64,000 nucleotides of DNA from the human T2T-CHM13v2.0 reference genome, Homo sapiens: assembly GCF_009914755.1 (NCBI RefSeq), contig NC_060926.1; one strand, written 5' to 3'. This document shows, one piece after another, positions 14,914-29,669 of this stretch. The translations under genes and the position numbers were made by a program. The notes beneath the pieces were generated by a model. The model saw nothing but the letters and a program-made list of their open reading frames with translations. It searched no databases and was not told where the DNA came from. Numbering within the stretch: position 1 is the stretch's first letter; each line of letters opens with the position of its first letter.

Positions 14914-16404
14914 GGGACACGAGGCCATCGGGGGCTTTGGGGGAAGCAGCTCTGATCATATGATGGAGGCCACACCAGAGTGCACCAGGAGCAAACAAAC
15001 CCTGAGGCTTTTCCCATGACAAACTGTCCTAAAAAGGAAAGGATAGGCCCATCAATGAAAAGGAGCGTGGAATCCTGGGAAGAGCTGACTGTTCTGTGTT
15101 TTCAGATGTGGGTGGTGGAGCACGTGGTCGGTTATGATTGGGGTTGGCTGTGACACTATTTCGTTAGGAGAGAAGTTTAGAGGCCAGCAGTTTGTGGTGG
15201 GAATGGCAGCGCCTCTGTCATCAGACACCCACGCTGCCTCTTCCTTTCTGCTCACTGTCCTGGCCACTTCCGCCTGTGTCTCACTGGCCAGATCCCAGAC
15301 ACATGGCCCCACCCCGCTGCTTGGGCTTCTGTGGCCGAGGAGGAAGAGGAGAAGGGAATTGGTGGGTGACTGGCAGCTTCTGCCACATTCCGCTTAAATA
15401 TTAATGAGAAATGCCAAAGTCACAGAGAAAGGAAGATGGTTTTTGGTTTCAGGTTCCTGAGAAGGCAGGGGTAGGGGGAGAGGCAGCTGTCCAAAGCCCA
15501 GGCGAGGAGACCAGGCTTTGGGAGAAGGACAGAAACGGCTTCCATGGCTCCTCTCCTGCGGGAGGGATGAGGGAGGAGGGGCTCGAGTCTGTAGATGTGG
15601 CCACAGAGGTCAAAGGCTCTCTGTCTGATGGCTTCTACATCATGAAGACAGCCGGGAGCTCTACCAAGAGTGTGAAGTGTGCAGAACAGGTCAGAGAATT
15701 TCAGAGAGTGGAGAAGATACAAAGCCCTCCTTAAACAAGATGGGGAATCAAATGGAGAAGCATGTGGGGGTTGCAGGTTAGTTCAAGATAGAACTCAAGA
15801 GCGCAGTTGACCAGGTAGATGTGGGCTTCCAGCAGGCTGGGAAGTTGGGGAGTGGACTCCCAGTAAGGCCAAGGAACAGCCTCGGAGGAGCCACTGGGCG
15901 GGCAGCTTGGAAGAGGGGCCAGCTCAGGAGGTGGGTGACTGGAATTCGGATTTGGGAGATGGTGCATTCCGAGGCAATGTCCAGGCTGTCCCTGACTGTG
16001 AGTGGAGCTGATGGCTGAGATGGAGGGAGATGATGTGGTGGAGAAGAGGAGGTGGAAGACCCAAGAAGCCAGGGCACCAAATGGGTCATCCACATGGCAC
16101 CTGAGTTGTTTAGGATGGGGGCAGGAATTGGGCGTGAGCAAGACATAAAACAACGTCCTCGCAGCTCTGCTCGGCTCAGGGCTGTGAAGAGGCTGCCATG
16201 GGAAAGCAGTCGTGAGTTGGGTGTGTGACTCCCAAGCCCTGTATGGGACCCCAGGTGGTCTCCTGCGCCCATCCCTCCCCTCACTGGCCCAGCCTACCCA
16301 GGACTTCCACGGGCATCTGCTTCCCTCAGCTCAGAACCCCCAGCTCCACCCTTTGTAAGTTAAACTCCCAAACCCTAGCCTGGCGTTTGAGGACGCCTTT
16401 ACCT

Positions 16405-16616
16405 GCAGAGTGCCGTGGCTCAGAGCAAAGACCCCTGATTCCGACCCCCTGGGTCTATTCTTGTGCCTGCCACTTAATATATGTGGGGCCTCAGCCAAGT
16501 TAACAAACCGCTTTGTGCCTCAGTTTCCCTCTATAAGATGGCGATAGTAAAGGACGTCTCTCTAGGGATTAAATGAGGTAACCTACATAAAGTACTTACA
16601 GGTGTTAGCTGCTATT
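16405..16616 (+). mobile_element. MIR
   Basis: TGTGCCTCAGTTTCCCTCTATAAGATGGCGATAG...GGATTAAATGAG...TGTTAGCTGCTATT. Confidence 0.8.
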
Positions 16617-17019
16617 TTAACTCCTCCTGGCCTCTTCGCACACGGGGCAGGCTACTGACCTCTTGGACCACTCGGAAGCCTCGCATTTTCCTGACTCCTG
16701 CCTCGGAAAGCTCTGCATGCCTTCCTCTCCTCTCTTCCTCAGTACGGAGCACCATGCCTCGGTAAGCTCTGCTATGCTAGTCCAGTGATGACTGGCCTGC
16801 CCTTCCCACTCCCACAGCTGGGCCCTAATTCAGGACAGCCTTGCCTCCTACCTGAACTCACACAAGACTGGCCTCGCTCATCTGTGCCCTCCCGCACTTG
16901 TTCTGATTCAGCTTATGCCCCCTAAAGAACAGTGGTGGCCTCTAGCCCACCAGGGGTTCCCCACCTCATTCAGAAAGGTGTGGCTCTTTCTTTCCTTTTT
17001 CTTTTTTCTTTTCTTTTTA

Positions 17020-18224
<1,205 letters not shown>

Positions 18225-19075
18225 TGATGACACTCTAACACCCCTGATGACTGTTCAATACCCTCAACGACTGTCCAAGATGCACCATGACTGTCCAACA
18301 CTCTTGATGATAGTCCAGTACTTTCCATAAGTTTCCACACCCTCCATGACTGTCCAGTACTCTTCATGACTGTCCAGTACTCTCAATGATTGTCCAGTAC
18401 ATTTGATGACTTTCTAATACTCTCCATGACAGTTCAAAACCCTCCATGGCTGTCCAATACATTCCACAATTGCCCAGTACCCTCCAGGACTGTCTAACAC
18501 CCTCAGTGAGTGCCTAACACCCTCATTGACTGTCCAAATGAGCATCGTTTATGGAGGGAGCTGGTGCTGGCTGAAGAGGGGTGCTCAGTGGGGATATATT
18601 TGCATTTGGAAGGAAGAAATGTGTTTGAAAAATGGAGAAATGTAGGAGGGGCCTTCCCGGCAGGAAGGAGCACTTGGGCACTGGCAGGTGCTGGCAGGCA
18701 GCAGAGGGAAGCTGGGGAGGGCAGGCACAGTGGCCAGCAGCAGGAGGTGAGGCCTGAGACTTTTCCTGCTCCCTGGACTGATTTTCCAGCAGGTGCCTGC
18801 CTTGTTCACTGTGGGGTCCTGGTGTACCCTTGATGACTATCCAATACCTTCAGTGACTGTCCAGTACCCTCGATGAGCATCCAATACCCTCCATGACTGT
18901 CCAATACACTCAGTGCATGTTCAGTACTCTCAATGATGGTACAATGCTCTCGATGAGCATCCAATACCCTCCACGAGTGTCCAGTATCCTCCATGAGCAT
19001 CCACTACCTCCATGAGTGTCCAATACCCTCCATAACTGTCCAATACTCTTCATGACTGTCCAATGCCTTCAATGG
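18225..19075. repeat. Old 20-bp minisatellite (consensus ~CCATGACTGTCCAATACCCT) in two blocks split by a ~290-bp insert
   Basis: ~16 units at 18225-18540 and ~12 units at 18831-19075. Confidence 0.85.
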
Positions 19076-20470
19076 ACATTCTAGCTGGGCCACACTCTCA
19101 AACACCCTCCTACAGCACCCTTCCATACATCCTTGTTCATTTCCCCAAACTCCCCCAAAAGAACAAACCAGCATGGTCCTGCTTTGTCCTGCAGACCCCT
19201 GGGAAGGTCTGACCCCACTACAGGCCTCCAGGTACCTCCAGCCTGTCCAGTCTCCTCCATGGTAACTCCCACCCACCCACACTGCTCTGTGCATCTCTGC
19301 CTCTGTTGGGCAAGGCCCCTAGAGCCTTGAGCTGACGTCTCACCCACGTGGCTCAGCACAGGGCCATTAGTACCTGCCGACACCCTTCCCTCACCAGGCT
19401 GCAAGAACAGAGCCAGTGTGCATGTTAGCTGCATCCCTGGAGAAATTGGGGCAAAGATGAAAGGCTGACTCTTGATTTGGGAAGTGAAAGCCCAGGGCTG
19501 TGAGGGTGAAGCTGGGAAAGAGGCCAGGCAATGCTGTGCACAGCCACCCCGACCACCACTCCCAAAGGAGATGCCATGGCCCCACCTCAGAGAGAAAGGA
19601 GGGTGCTGTCTGTTGCAAACCCAACGTCTCCCAGTCCCCCGGGACCCCACAGGGAAGCCAAGTGGCATGTCCTGGACGGTGATGTTTCAGCCAAACTCCA
19701 AGGTGAGAGTCAACCTGCATTAGGGGAAACAGCAGGCAGCCGGGAACCTGAGAGGTGCCCGGGATTGTGTTCACAGCGTAAGGGTTCCCAGCATGGGGAT
19801 GGATGAACGCCGGGCTCAGCTGCCTTCCACAAGACAAAGCAGCCACAGGCAGGGGCCGGCCCTCTGTGACAGTGAGGGATCTGTGTAGAAAGGCCTGGCC
19901 ACGGCCTCCTTTCTCTCCTCAGGCTCTCAACGAGCACGCCTGGCTGAGGAGCTTCTTAGAGGCCTGGGAATGGGTCTGGAGGAGGAGCCAGCACTAAAGA
20001 CACAAGGAAAGACAGTTTCACAGTCACCGCTTTGCAGCAAATAGAGCCACAGGCTGCCCCAAGGGCCACCACATAGTCTTTTCCCCCGAACCCCGCCCCA
20101 CCCCAACCCTGACTCACCCTGACTCACTTCCAGTGGGGCCACCACTGCTGGCCCAGCAGCCCTTCTTTGGCCTGCTGGTGTCTTGGACATTGCGTGTGTG
20201 TGGGGGGGTGTCCACCTTCTCTCTCCTTTCACCTGCATCAGACCACTACTCGCCTTCTGTATCCTTCCACCCAGGGCCCTCTTCACTTTGCATTCTTTTT
20301 CTTTCACATTAGACCCTGAGGGTCAGGTTCCCTTTCTGCAAAGGCCAGGATAGCTTGATTTCTAGAACTTCCTAGGTGTAAGGGGAGATAGTTGCTTGCT
20401 GTCCCGGGAAGTGTGCTCAACCCTGGAGTGGGTTGGATCCTTCTTATGCAGCAAAAAAAATGAAGAGAGT

Positions 20471-20747
<277 letters not shown>

Positions 20748-23700
20748 GCTTGAAAGAGAAAAAAATTGCAGTTTCCTTATGAAACCAGGCTGCGCGTTGC
20801 TTTCCCATCTCACATCACTGAGAGGTTTGTCGTCTGGGCTCTAACAACAGGCCGGGATCCAGAGATGAACAGGGCCACGTGCCTGCTCTCAGCTCTGCTT
20901 GGTGGCATCTGAGTGAAGACAAGGGTGGTTTAGCAGAGGGACGTGCTGGCCGCAGGCTGCTTGGGGTCCCTGGTGACTCCCAGTGGCCTCGGTGTGTTGG
21001 GGCAGGGTGGGATTGTGCTTCTCTGGCCCAGCCCCATGACCTAGGCTTTAAGGCAAACAGTGGGGCTGCTTCAACACTGTGGGTGGGGGGAACTTGGAGC
21101 TATAAGATGCCATCCGAGCCTCCGTTCAGAAAGACCCTGGACTCCCACCCCTCTGGAACTGAGACCTGAGGAAGGGCACCCAATCCAGACCCTCCCTTTC
21201 CTGGTGCTCCAGCCCCTCTGCCATCCTGGTGCGGGGAGCTGAGGTCTGTGCATGGGTTTGCTTTGTCAGAGCCTGGGGCAGATGCCAGGGTGAGCACAAA
21301 GCCACACTGTGTTCCCTGGGAGGCGCTATGGACCCACACAGCCGGCTGAGCCCCATCTCGGCTCTGAGGGGCTCTGCGCCAGTGGATGCCTCCGCAGGGC
21401 CTGAGGTCAGAACTCCCTGCCCACCTGCTGCCTGCATACCTGGCAGACACCCCCTACTCCAGCAGCCTGGGACCCAGATTGTCCAGGACAACTCCAAGTA
21501 TAAAAACCCCTCCCATGGTCAGACTCAGGCTGGGGGTCCTGATTTGGGGTTTGGAAAATAAAGCTATGGAACACATGCCAGCATGTGCCCCAAGACATCT
21601 GCAGGGAACAGGTTGCCTGTCACCTTCATCACTGTCCTGACCCAACTGCACAAACCTTCCTAAGCTTCCATCCTCCTGATCAAAGCACCTCCACACTGAA
21701 ACTGCTTCATTCATGCCGGTGTTGAGGGGTGTGAATGAGTTCCCCAGAACACCAAGCGAATGAAGCCCATGGCATTAAACTCATCCTGTGAAGCTGGAAA
21801 CACATTCAGAGGAGTAAGTGATTTGCCTGAGGTCACCCTGCAGAGCAGGGGTTTATAATGGAGGAGGGGTGCAAAGTGCTCCGAGAGCAAGGCCCCTCCT
21901 GCAGATATGGAGAAAGGCTTCCTATGGGAGGTTTGACCGGGGGAAGAGTCACTCTCCAGGGCTAGAACAGGAAGGGCTGCCTAGCAGGGTGACGGCAGGT
22001 GCAACTCTGCAGAGGCATGAGGCAGTGGTGCCTGCAGAAAAGGAACCAGGCACACAGGGGAGGAGTTGGCTTCGTTGAATTCTGGAATCAGCTTCAGGAG
22101 GAATGCTAAGTCCTAAGCCCTTCTTCTCAGAGATGAGGAAACCCAGCTTCAGAGAGTTCTGGAGCCTGGCGAAGGCTCTGCAGCTGGTGTACTGGGAGCC
22201 CAAGCCTGCAGGTCCAGACCACGGCCCAGCGATGGCCTCTCAGAAGCACAACCCCAGGCCCCGAGAAGTCACATGATCTGGCTGGCAGAAGTGGCAGCCC
22301 CTCTGGGCAGGAAGCCCGTCTCCAGTGCTGAGTCATGCTGTCTCTGGCCAGTGGCACGGGGTGGCCCAGCTGTGGTGACTGCTAGGACTTCTGCTCCCCA
22401 GGCCTTCCAGCCTCCCTGGGTCCGCCCAGCTGCATGCCAGCCAGCGCACTGCCCTCCGCAGGACGTGGGGTGTCGGGAGGCCACCAGCCTCCAACCCTCC
22501 CTGCCTCTCACACTGCATGTGCAGGCCGGTGGCCCGCCCACTCGAGGGCTGTGAGGGAGGAGTGTCCGAACTGGAAGTGCAGGGCTGCAGGCTGTGTGCA
22601 GGGAGCTGGTGCTGGCTGAGGAGGGGTACTGGGAGGGGGCACATTTGCATTTTGAAGGAAGAAATGTGTTTGAGAAGTGGAGACAGGCAGGAGGGGCCTT
22701 CCAGCAGGAGGGAGCGCTTGGGCTCGGGCAGGCGGCCTCTCCTGTGGGCAGCAGAGGGAAGCTGAGGAGGGCGGCCCAGGGGCAGCAGCGGGAGGGGAGG
22801 CCCAAGGCTTTTCCCACTCCCATGAAGTCAGGAGGTGGAGGTCCTGGAAGCAAACCCTGTAGAGGGGTCCCACTTCCTGCATTCTTCCCTAGCTATAAGG
22901 CTCTGGGAGGGCCTCCCTTCCAGGGAGCAGCCTGGTTAGGAAGAGGAGAGCCTGGGAGCTGAATAGAGAGGCAGAGGCAGGACCCTGGCCCGGGCAGGAA
23001 GGGCTGGGCAGCACCGGGCTCCACGGGTGGGGCCGGCCACCGTTAGGGTGTCACTGGCCTCTGCCCTTAGTGGGGCAGTCAAGCCCACGGCCACTTTCGG
23101 GCAGCACGGCCTCTGTTAGACCATGCTGAGATGGCAGGGGAGGGAAAGGATGGGCCTTCGTGGGTGGGGACTCCACCAAAGCATCGCTGGGAGGCCATGG
23201 TTCTAAACCAATTACTCCTGACTCCTGGGCACACAGCCCTGGCCCCTCTGAGCTGATGCCTCCTCTGGGACCTCATAGAGGGTAACCAGGGCCTCCTGGG
23301 AAGGTGACAGAAGCGGCAGCAGTCCTGGAACCCCAACCAGCAAATAGCCCCCCCGCCCCCGACGGGAGCCCTGCAGCCTGCGGCCGTGTGCAGCCAGAGC
23401 TGGCCAGGTGCCCGAGCGCCTGCAAAGCACTCTCAGCTTTGTTTGCTTGCTGGTGCCCTGTCCACCCCTCCCGAAGGCAGTGATGGGGACAGCTTCTGCC
23501 CACGGTGGCTTCAGGGCAATGGGAAGTGAAGGAGGGGGTGCCGCAGTGTGGGTGGCACCAGCAGTGGGCTGGGTGGAGTCAGGAGGTGGATTCTCGGGTT
23601 CTCATCCGGAGCTGCCCCTGGCTCACAGCCTGGCCCGGGATCCATCTCGCCTCCCTCCGCCGGTACCTGCCACGGATGGGAATTTCAGGCCCCAGTCCCC

Positions 23701-24842
23701 TGGAGCCTCCTGTGACCCTCTAGGTCATGGCATCCAAGAGGTTGAAAGTAGCAGTCCAAGCTGGGGACTCTGCTGGCAGCCTGTCTGAGCTCCACGAAAG
23801 TGGGCACAGATGGGACCATTTTCTCCCCACGTGAGGACACCGTGCTGCCCAGATCACCCAGCTCAGCCCCGATGATACACCCAGGCCCCGAAAAGCTTTG
23901 CCTTGGAAAGAAAACGTAACTTAGGTTACTCCTCTGTTTTACTCTCTAGAAGGGGAAGAGGGCAGGCAGGGACCCTAGATCCTGGGGCTCTGTTCTTTTA
24001 ATATAGAAGGGAGAAAAAGCTGATAAATTTGGGGGTGGGGCCAGTTCATTGGTTCAGCCAGTATTTCTTGAGCATGCTTTCTGCTGCAGCCTGTCCAGGC
24101 TTTGCACACAGAGATGAATAAAGGACACAAGCCCCTGCCTGCAGGAAGCCCACATTTTGATGAACTCACACTTTTGAAGACAGGCAAATATTCAGCTTAT
24201 AACAAAAAGGTGGCATTAGACTATTCCATAAGCACTTACAAGTACACAGGGGGCGCAGGAAAGCCTCCGGCAGTGCCAGGATTGGGGGAGGCCAGTGAGG
24301 CTCTCATCTTGTACACAGAATAGAAAGGGCACCCAAACTCGGTCATCAAGAGAAACATTATTTTAGTGCAATGTTTGTTAAACTAAAAATTAATATAAAA
24401 ATTTGTGATGAACAAAACATCAAAATTGTAAATAGAGACAAGACTGATTATTTTATGATGTGTGTGATTATACAATGGGAACAACAGCTTCCAATCAGCC
24501 CGCAGTTCCTGGCCAGGTGGCCATCGAGTCCCCTGGACAGCTTGATGATGACACAGAGGTTGGTGATGCCATGTGAACAGATTGGGCAACTCAGGGCTTT
24601 CTATACAGTCGCGGCTTTTGACTGGAGAGCCTCATTTTCCACTTGATTCAAAGGTGGGAAGTATTTTTATAAGCATCTAGAGGGGCGGGTATGAGGCTCC
24701 TCCAGCCTGAGCTCTGTCTCGTGTGGCCCAGCATGCACTGGCCTTCGGAAGAGCATCTCAGTGGGTTTCCAAGTGGGAGGAGAGTAGAAGACACAGGAAT
24801 ACCATTCAGTTGACCCACCAAGTGGACAGAGAAAAATGATCA

Positions 24843-25123
24843 TTTTTTTTTTTTTTTCCTGAGACAGTCTTGCTTCGTTGCCCAGGCTGGAGTGCAGTAG
24901 CATGATCTTGGCTCACTGCAATCTCTGCCTCTTTGGCTCAAGGCATACTTCTGCCGCAGCCTCCTGAGTAGCTGGGACCACAGGTGTGCGCCGCCATGTC
25001 TGGCTAATTTTTTAATTTCTGTAGAGATGGGGTTTCACTATGTTACCCAGGCTGGTCTCAAACTGCTGAGCTCAAGTGATCTGCCTGCCTCGGCCTCCCA
25101 AAGGTGAGCCACTGCACCTGGCC
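24843..25123 (-). mobile_element. AluJ/S
   Basis: Reverse Alu consensus. Confidence 0.9.
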
Positions 25124-25134
25124 GGAAAAAAAAT

Positions 25135-25365
25135 TTAACAGTTTTATTGAGATACGATGTACATACCATACAATTCACCCATTTAGAATGCACATTTCAA
25201 TGGTCTTCCATAGATTCACAGAGTTGTGCACCCATCGCCACAATAAACTTTAGGATATTTTCATCAACCGTAAAAGAAGCCACATACATTTTAGAGTTAT
25301 TCTCCATTTCTCTCCAAACCCCGCCTGCCCTTCCTCCTCCAGCCCTAGGAATGACAAATCTACTA
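25135..25365 (-). mobile_element. L1M 3'-end fragment
   Basis: AACAGTTTTATTGAGATACGATGTACATACCATACAATTCACCCATTT, a typical reverse L1M 3' end. Confidence 0.75.
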
Positions 25366-25589
25366 GGAAAATGAGATAACTTTTGCACTGGAAGTTGGAT
25401 CTTTGCAGATCCTAGATCTGTCTTGGCAGCGTTGACACAAGTGTGTGCCAACACGATGACCCTGCACCTCACTGGGAAAGTCTTCACACACCCACACGGT
25501 CAGTTCCTAGTGCTTCTCCTCACACGTGCTCTATTTTATTTCAACTACTTTTTCACGGAAATTTTCTAAGATATGGTGAGAATGGCCCC

Positions 25590-26320
25590 ATTTTCCTCCT
25601 ATTCCTTAATAATAGGATCCCCAAGTTTTTGGAACTGCAAAGATCCCAGTTAAAGGATTACACATTTTCTGGCCTTCTTAATAGGCTGTGTGATGAAGTT
25701 CTGGCTGAAGAGTTGTGAGCAGAAGTGTTGTGTTGCACTTACCATCTCCTTAGAAGGATGGGGACAGCCCTTTTCCCTTTTCTTCTTCCTTCCACCTGGA
25801 ATAAGGAAGTAAATGCTAGAGGTTTTGCAGCCATTCTGGGCCATGATGTGACTTCGGGAATAAAGACCATGCAGGGCAGAGAAACAGGAGATAAGAAGAC
25901 TGGGTCCCCATTAGCTGGCACTGCCATTTTATTCCCAGACTGTCTGCCTCTCAGCTACTTAAAAACAGAAAATCAATCAACTTTACTGAGTTACAATTCA
26001 GAGAAAATAAAATGCACCCATTTTAAGAGTTTAATTCAACGAGTTTTGACAAATGTTGACACCCACGCAAATGCCATCTCAGTTAAGATACAGAGCATTC
26101 CCACAAATCACAGAAGCTTCCTTGTACCCCTGGCAGTCCATCTTCAGTGCTCCTCCCCCACCACACCTGCCGCAGTAACCACCTATCTGCTTTCTGTCCT
26201 ATAGATTCATTTTGCCCTGGGCTACTTTTCCAAGAGGAAGAACTAAACGTTCATCTCGCTGAAGCCAATATTTTCCAGGCCTCTATTATTTGCAGCTGAT
26301 TCGAATGCAAAACTGAATAT
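25590..26320 (+). mobile_element. Old MLT1 (J/K-like) LTR interrupted by a minus-strand L1M fragment (~25980-26220)
   Basis: GCAGCCATTCTGGGCCATGATGTGAC and TTATTTGCAGCTGA MaLR motifs flank an L1M 3'-end segment. Confidence 0.55.
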
Positions 26321-27906
26321 AGATATATTACAGCTTCAAATAGAGGCCCCTAAACACTGTAATATTTTCTTGATAACTCCAGACCATCGTTAGACACCCT
26401 GTGCTTTAGATCGGTTTCCTGGGAAACAGATTTGGAGATGAGATTTGCCAGCAGGAGGTTTAATAGAGAGGGCCTTCAGGGACACACCTGTGTAGTAAGT
26501 GCGGGGCCACAGGATGGGGCAGCCCCCACAGAGGGTGCGCTACGGCTTCAGAGATGGCCTGGGCAGGGGCCTGAGCTTTGGTGTGCCCACACTGACCAGT
26601 CATCGGAAGTGGGCTATCCCTGGGGACACGCGAACCTTAGCCTACGGCAGTACCCAGGGAGTGACTCAGCCATGAGCCATCAGCAGGCAACACCCGCAAC
26701 CACTGAGGCAGTGGATGTCTTGGCACTGATGGGAGTCAGGAGCTACATCGCCATGGCCAGGATACCACGTGTGCTGCTGGTTTCCCCCGGGGCTACTTAG
26801 ATGTGAGGGTACTTCTCGCATCTGCCCTGCACCCCCCAGCAGCCACTCCACACTCTCCTGCACCCCAGGCCCTGGTACCCATGAATCTACCATAGGCCTC
26901 CAGGGCTCTGCCTGTCCATAGCCCCTGCTCTCTGTGTGATTTGTCTGATGGGCACATGCCTGGCGCTTGGTGGGTCCCGAAGCTGTGAGGGCAGCAGAGG
27001 CCTGGCCTTGGGGTCAGGGCCAGGAGTGTCAGGAGAGCTCTGCGCCTCCCAAGCCCCTGCTCATCTTCCTCCGAGTTCTCCGTGTGCTCTTCCTGGATCC
27101 CCTCCCGGTATCACCGCCACGCCTGGGAGGCGGGGGTTTCAGATCCCTTCTGTCTTCTGTCTCCTGAGCCGCCCCTTGTTGGGGATGAGTGTCTCTAGTG
27201 GCCATCTCTGACGTCTTTCGACATATGTGACTTTGGCGATGCGTGCTCCTGGCCTGATCCTTCTTCACTGTAAGCTTCACAGTGACTTCTCTGACCCTAC
27301 TCGAAAGACCTGGCATGTCATATCCTTCTGAGCCACTGGCATTCTTCTGCCCCAGGAACACCCCACTGCCTCCCATTCCCGCCTTCGTTTCGGCATGCCG
27401 CCTGAGGCTTCTCCGGAACTCAGCCCACCAGTTCTCTATCAACCATCCCCTCCGTCCACACCTACAGCTTCCCCTCTACTTGGTTCCAGGACTGTCTTCC
27501 CAAAAGCCAATGTTCCTGGAACCTTGACTGTTAGACAGGCTGGATGTTACCATAGAGCAGAATCCAGAGTTAACAAGAGATGACATAAGGGATAAGGGAT
27601 GCTTTTCAAATGCTACTTTTTAAATGAAAAATATTTTTAAATATAGAGGAGTACAGAGAATAATATATCAGACACGCATATATTATTGTTTCCAAAAACA
27701 CTGTTTTATTATTAAAATTTATTATTGTTTCCAAAAACAGTGTATTTGGAAACAATGCAATGTCAGGTGCAGGTGAAGTCTCCTTTCTATCACCCCAGTC
27801 TCTCTCACCTGCCCTGTCCCAGAAGCAATCACTACCCTGAATCTACATTCTGTCTGATACTTTTACCACATTCTAATCTATTCAAATATACTCTCTCTCT
27901 CATTCT

Positions 27907-28303
27907 ATATATATATGTGTATATATACACATATATATACACACACATATATACACATATATGTATACACACATATACATATATACATATATACGTGTAT
28001 ACGTATATACGTATATATACATATATGTATACGTATATACGTATATATACATATATGTATACGTATATACGTATATATACATATATGTATACGTATACGT
28101 ATATACGTATATATACATACATATGTATACGTATACGTATATATGTATATATACGTATATGTATACGTATACATATATACGTATATATACATATATGTAT
28201 ATGTATATACGTATATGTATATATGTACATATACACATATATACACACACACATATATATATATACACACACATATATATACACACACACACATATATAT
28301 ATA
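27907..28303. repeat. Complex (TA)n/(TATACG)n/(CA)n microsatellite grown in an Alu tail
   Basis: Read directly; AAATATAC flanks the repeat plus the Alu on both sides. Confidence 0.95.
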
Positions 28304-28593
28304 TTTTTTTTTGAGATGGAGTCTCCCTTGGTCACTCAGACTGGAGTACAGTGGCACCATCTTGGCTCACTGCAACCTCTGCCTCCGGGTTCCAGCAATT
28401 CTCATGCCTCAGCTTCCCAAATAGCTGGGACTACAGGTGTCCACCACCACACCTGGCTAATTTTTGTATTTTTAGTAGAGATGGGGTTTCACCACGTTGG
28501 CCCAGCTGGTCTCCAACTCCCGACCTCAGGTGACCGGCTTGCCTTGGCCTCCCAAAGTGCCGGGATTACAGAGGTGAGCCACCATGCCCGGCC
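28304..28593 (-). mobile_element. AluS
   Basis: Reverse Alu consensus. Confidence 0.93.
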
Positions 28594-29251
28594 TAAATAT
28601 ACATTATGTTGTGTTGCATGTTTTAAATGCACGTATACAGTAATTACTATATGGTTCTATTCCTTGCTTTTCAAAATTCAACATCACTTCAGAGATTAAT
28701 CCATATTGATTCACATGTCTAGCTAGTTGGTTTTAACTGCGTTTCAGTAGTCTGTAGTGAGAGTATCACATGCTGTATGTACTCCTCCCTCTATTGCTGG
28801 ACATTGGGGCTGCTTTCAGTTCTGTTGTACAATGTTGCAATGGCATCCTTGCACATGGCTTCTGGACTCTGCAGGGAAGTTTCCTGAGGGTAGGTAACCA
28901 GAGGGAGCAATTGCTCGGCTGAGGACGTGCCTCTTCAACCTTCCTGGATTTTGCCAGATTGCTCTCCAAAGTGCTTTTCCCAATTTACACTCCTCCCCAG
29001 TGTGTGTGGAACCCACCCCCCCCCCCCCCCAATTCCTCCTCCATCCCTGGCATGGCTGGGTGGGAAATGCGATCTCACTGTGACTATTTTGCCTTTCCTC
29101 GTCCTGGATAAAGTTGAGCATCTTTCTTACATTTATTGGCCATTTGGATTTTTTTCTTCTGTGAAATTTCTCTTTCACCTTATAAAAGGGTTTTGCCCTT
29201 CAGGTTTCCTCTAATGTCATGTTCCAGCAGTACTTAAGAAAGTGTAGTCCC

Positions 29252-29529
29252 TGGCTGGGATAGAGGCTTTAGGAGGCTGAGGCGGGAATATTGCTTGAGG
29301 CCAGAAGTTTGAGATCTCCCTGGGCAACATAGTGAGACCCTGTCTCTACTAAAAATTTAAAAGTTAGCCAGTTGTGGTGGCACATCCCTGTAGTCCCAGC
29401 TACTCAGAAGCTGAGGTGGGAGGTTTGCTTGATCCTGAGCATTTGAAGTTGCAGTGAGCTATAATGGAGCCACTGCATTCCAGCTTGGGTAACATAACCA
29501 GACTCTGTCTCAAAAGAAAAAAAAAAAAA
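29252..29529 (+). mobile_element. AluJ
   Basis: Alu consensus and A tail. Confidence 0.88.
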
Positions 29530-29669
29530 GTGGCACCCCACAGGCCAGGTAAGGTATGGAGGAAAAAACCTTCCTTAGGCATCTGTAGTCCAGGGGCTGG
29601 CTCCCACCTGACATTTATTATCTATATGATTTGAGGTAAATGTCCTCCTTTCTGCTTTTTAAAAAGGCG

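Larger units (their letters stand above)
13338..16200 (-). mobile_element. Long, heavily decayed LINE-2, from its 3' end to the endonuclease region
   Basis: L2 3'-end motif CATTCAGCAAGCACTTAACACCTGCTGTATGCAGGGCACTGT at ~13338; typical L2 segments at ~14090-14230; ORF 15731..16153(-) contains HVDDPFGALASWVFHLL...STHSQG, resembling recalled L2 endonuclease sequence (HVDDPSNTLASQFLDLL...ATHSHG). Confidence 0.6.

Noticed and set aside
14315-15022. 234- and 206-aa repetitive ORFs
   Set aside because: Translations of the 36-bp VNTR, open on both strands
18225-19075. Regularly spaced repeats with an intervening unique segment (CRISPR-like appearance)
   Set aside because: Contiguous degenerate tandem units without unique spacers, in primate DNA with no cas genes
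24320-24660. AT-rich island in GC-rich surroundings
   Set aside because: Could be a decayed DNA transposon or conserved element, but I cannot support either call from sequence alone
27725-28699. 324-aa ORF
   Set aside because: Made of the TA microsatellite plus an antisense Alu
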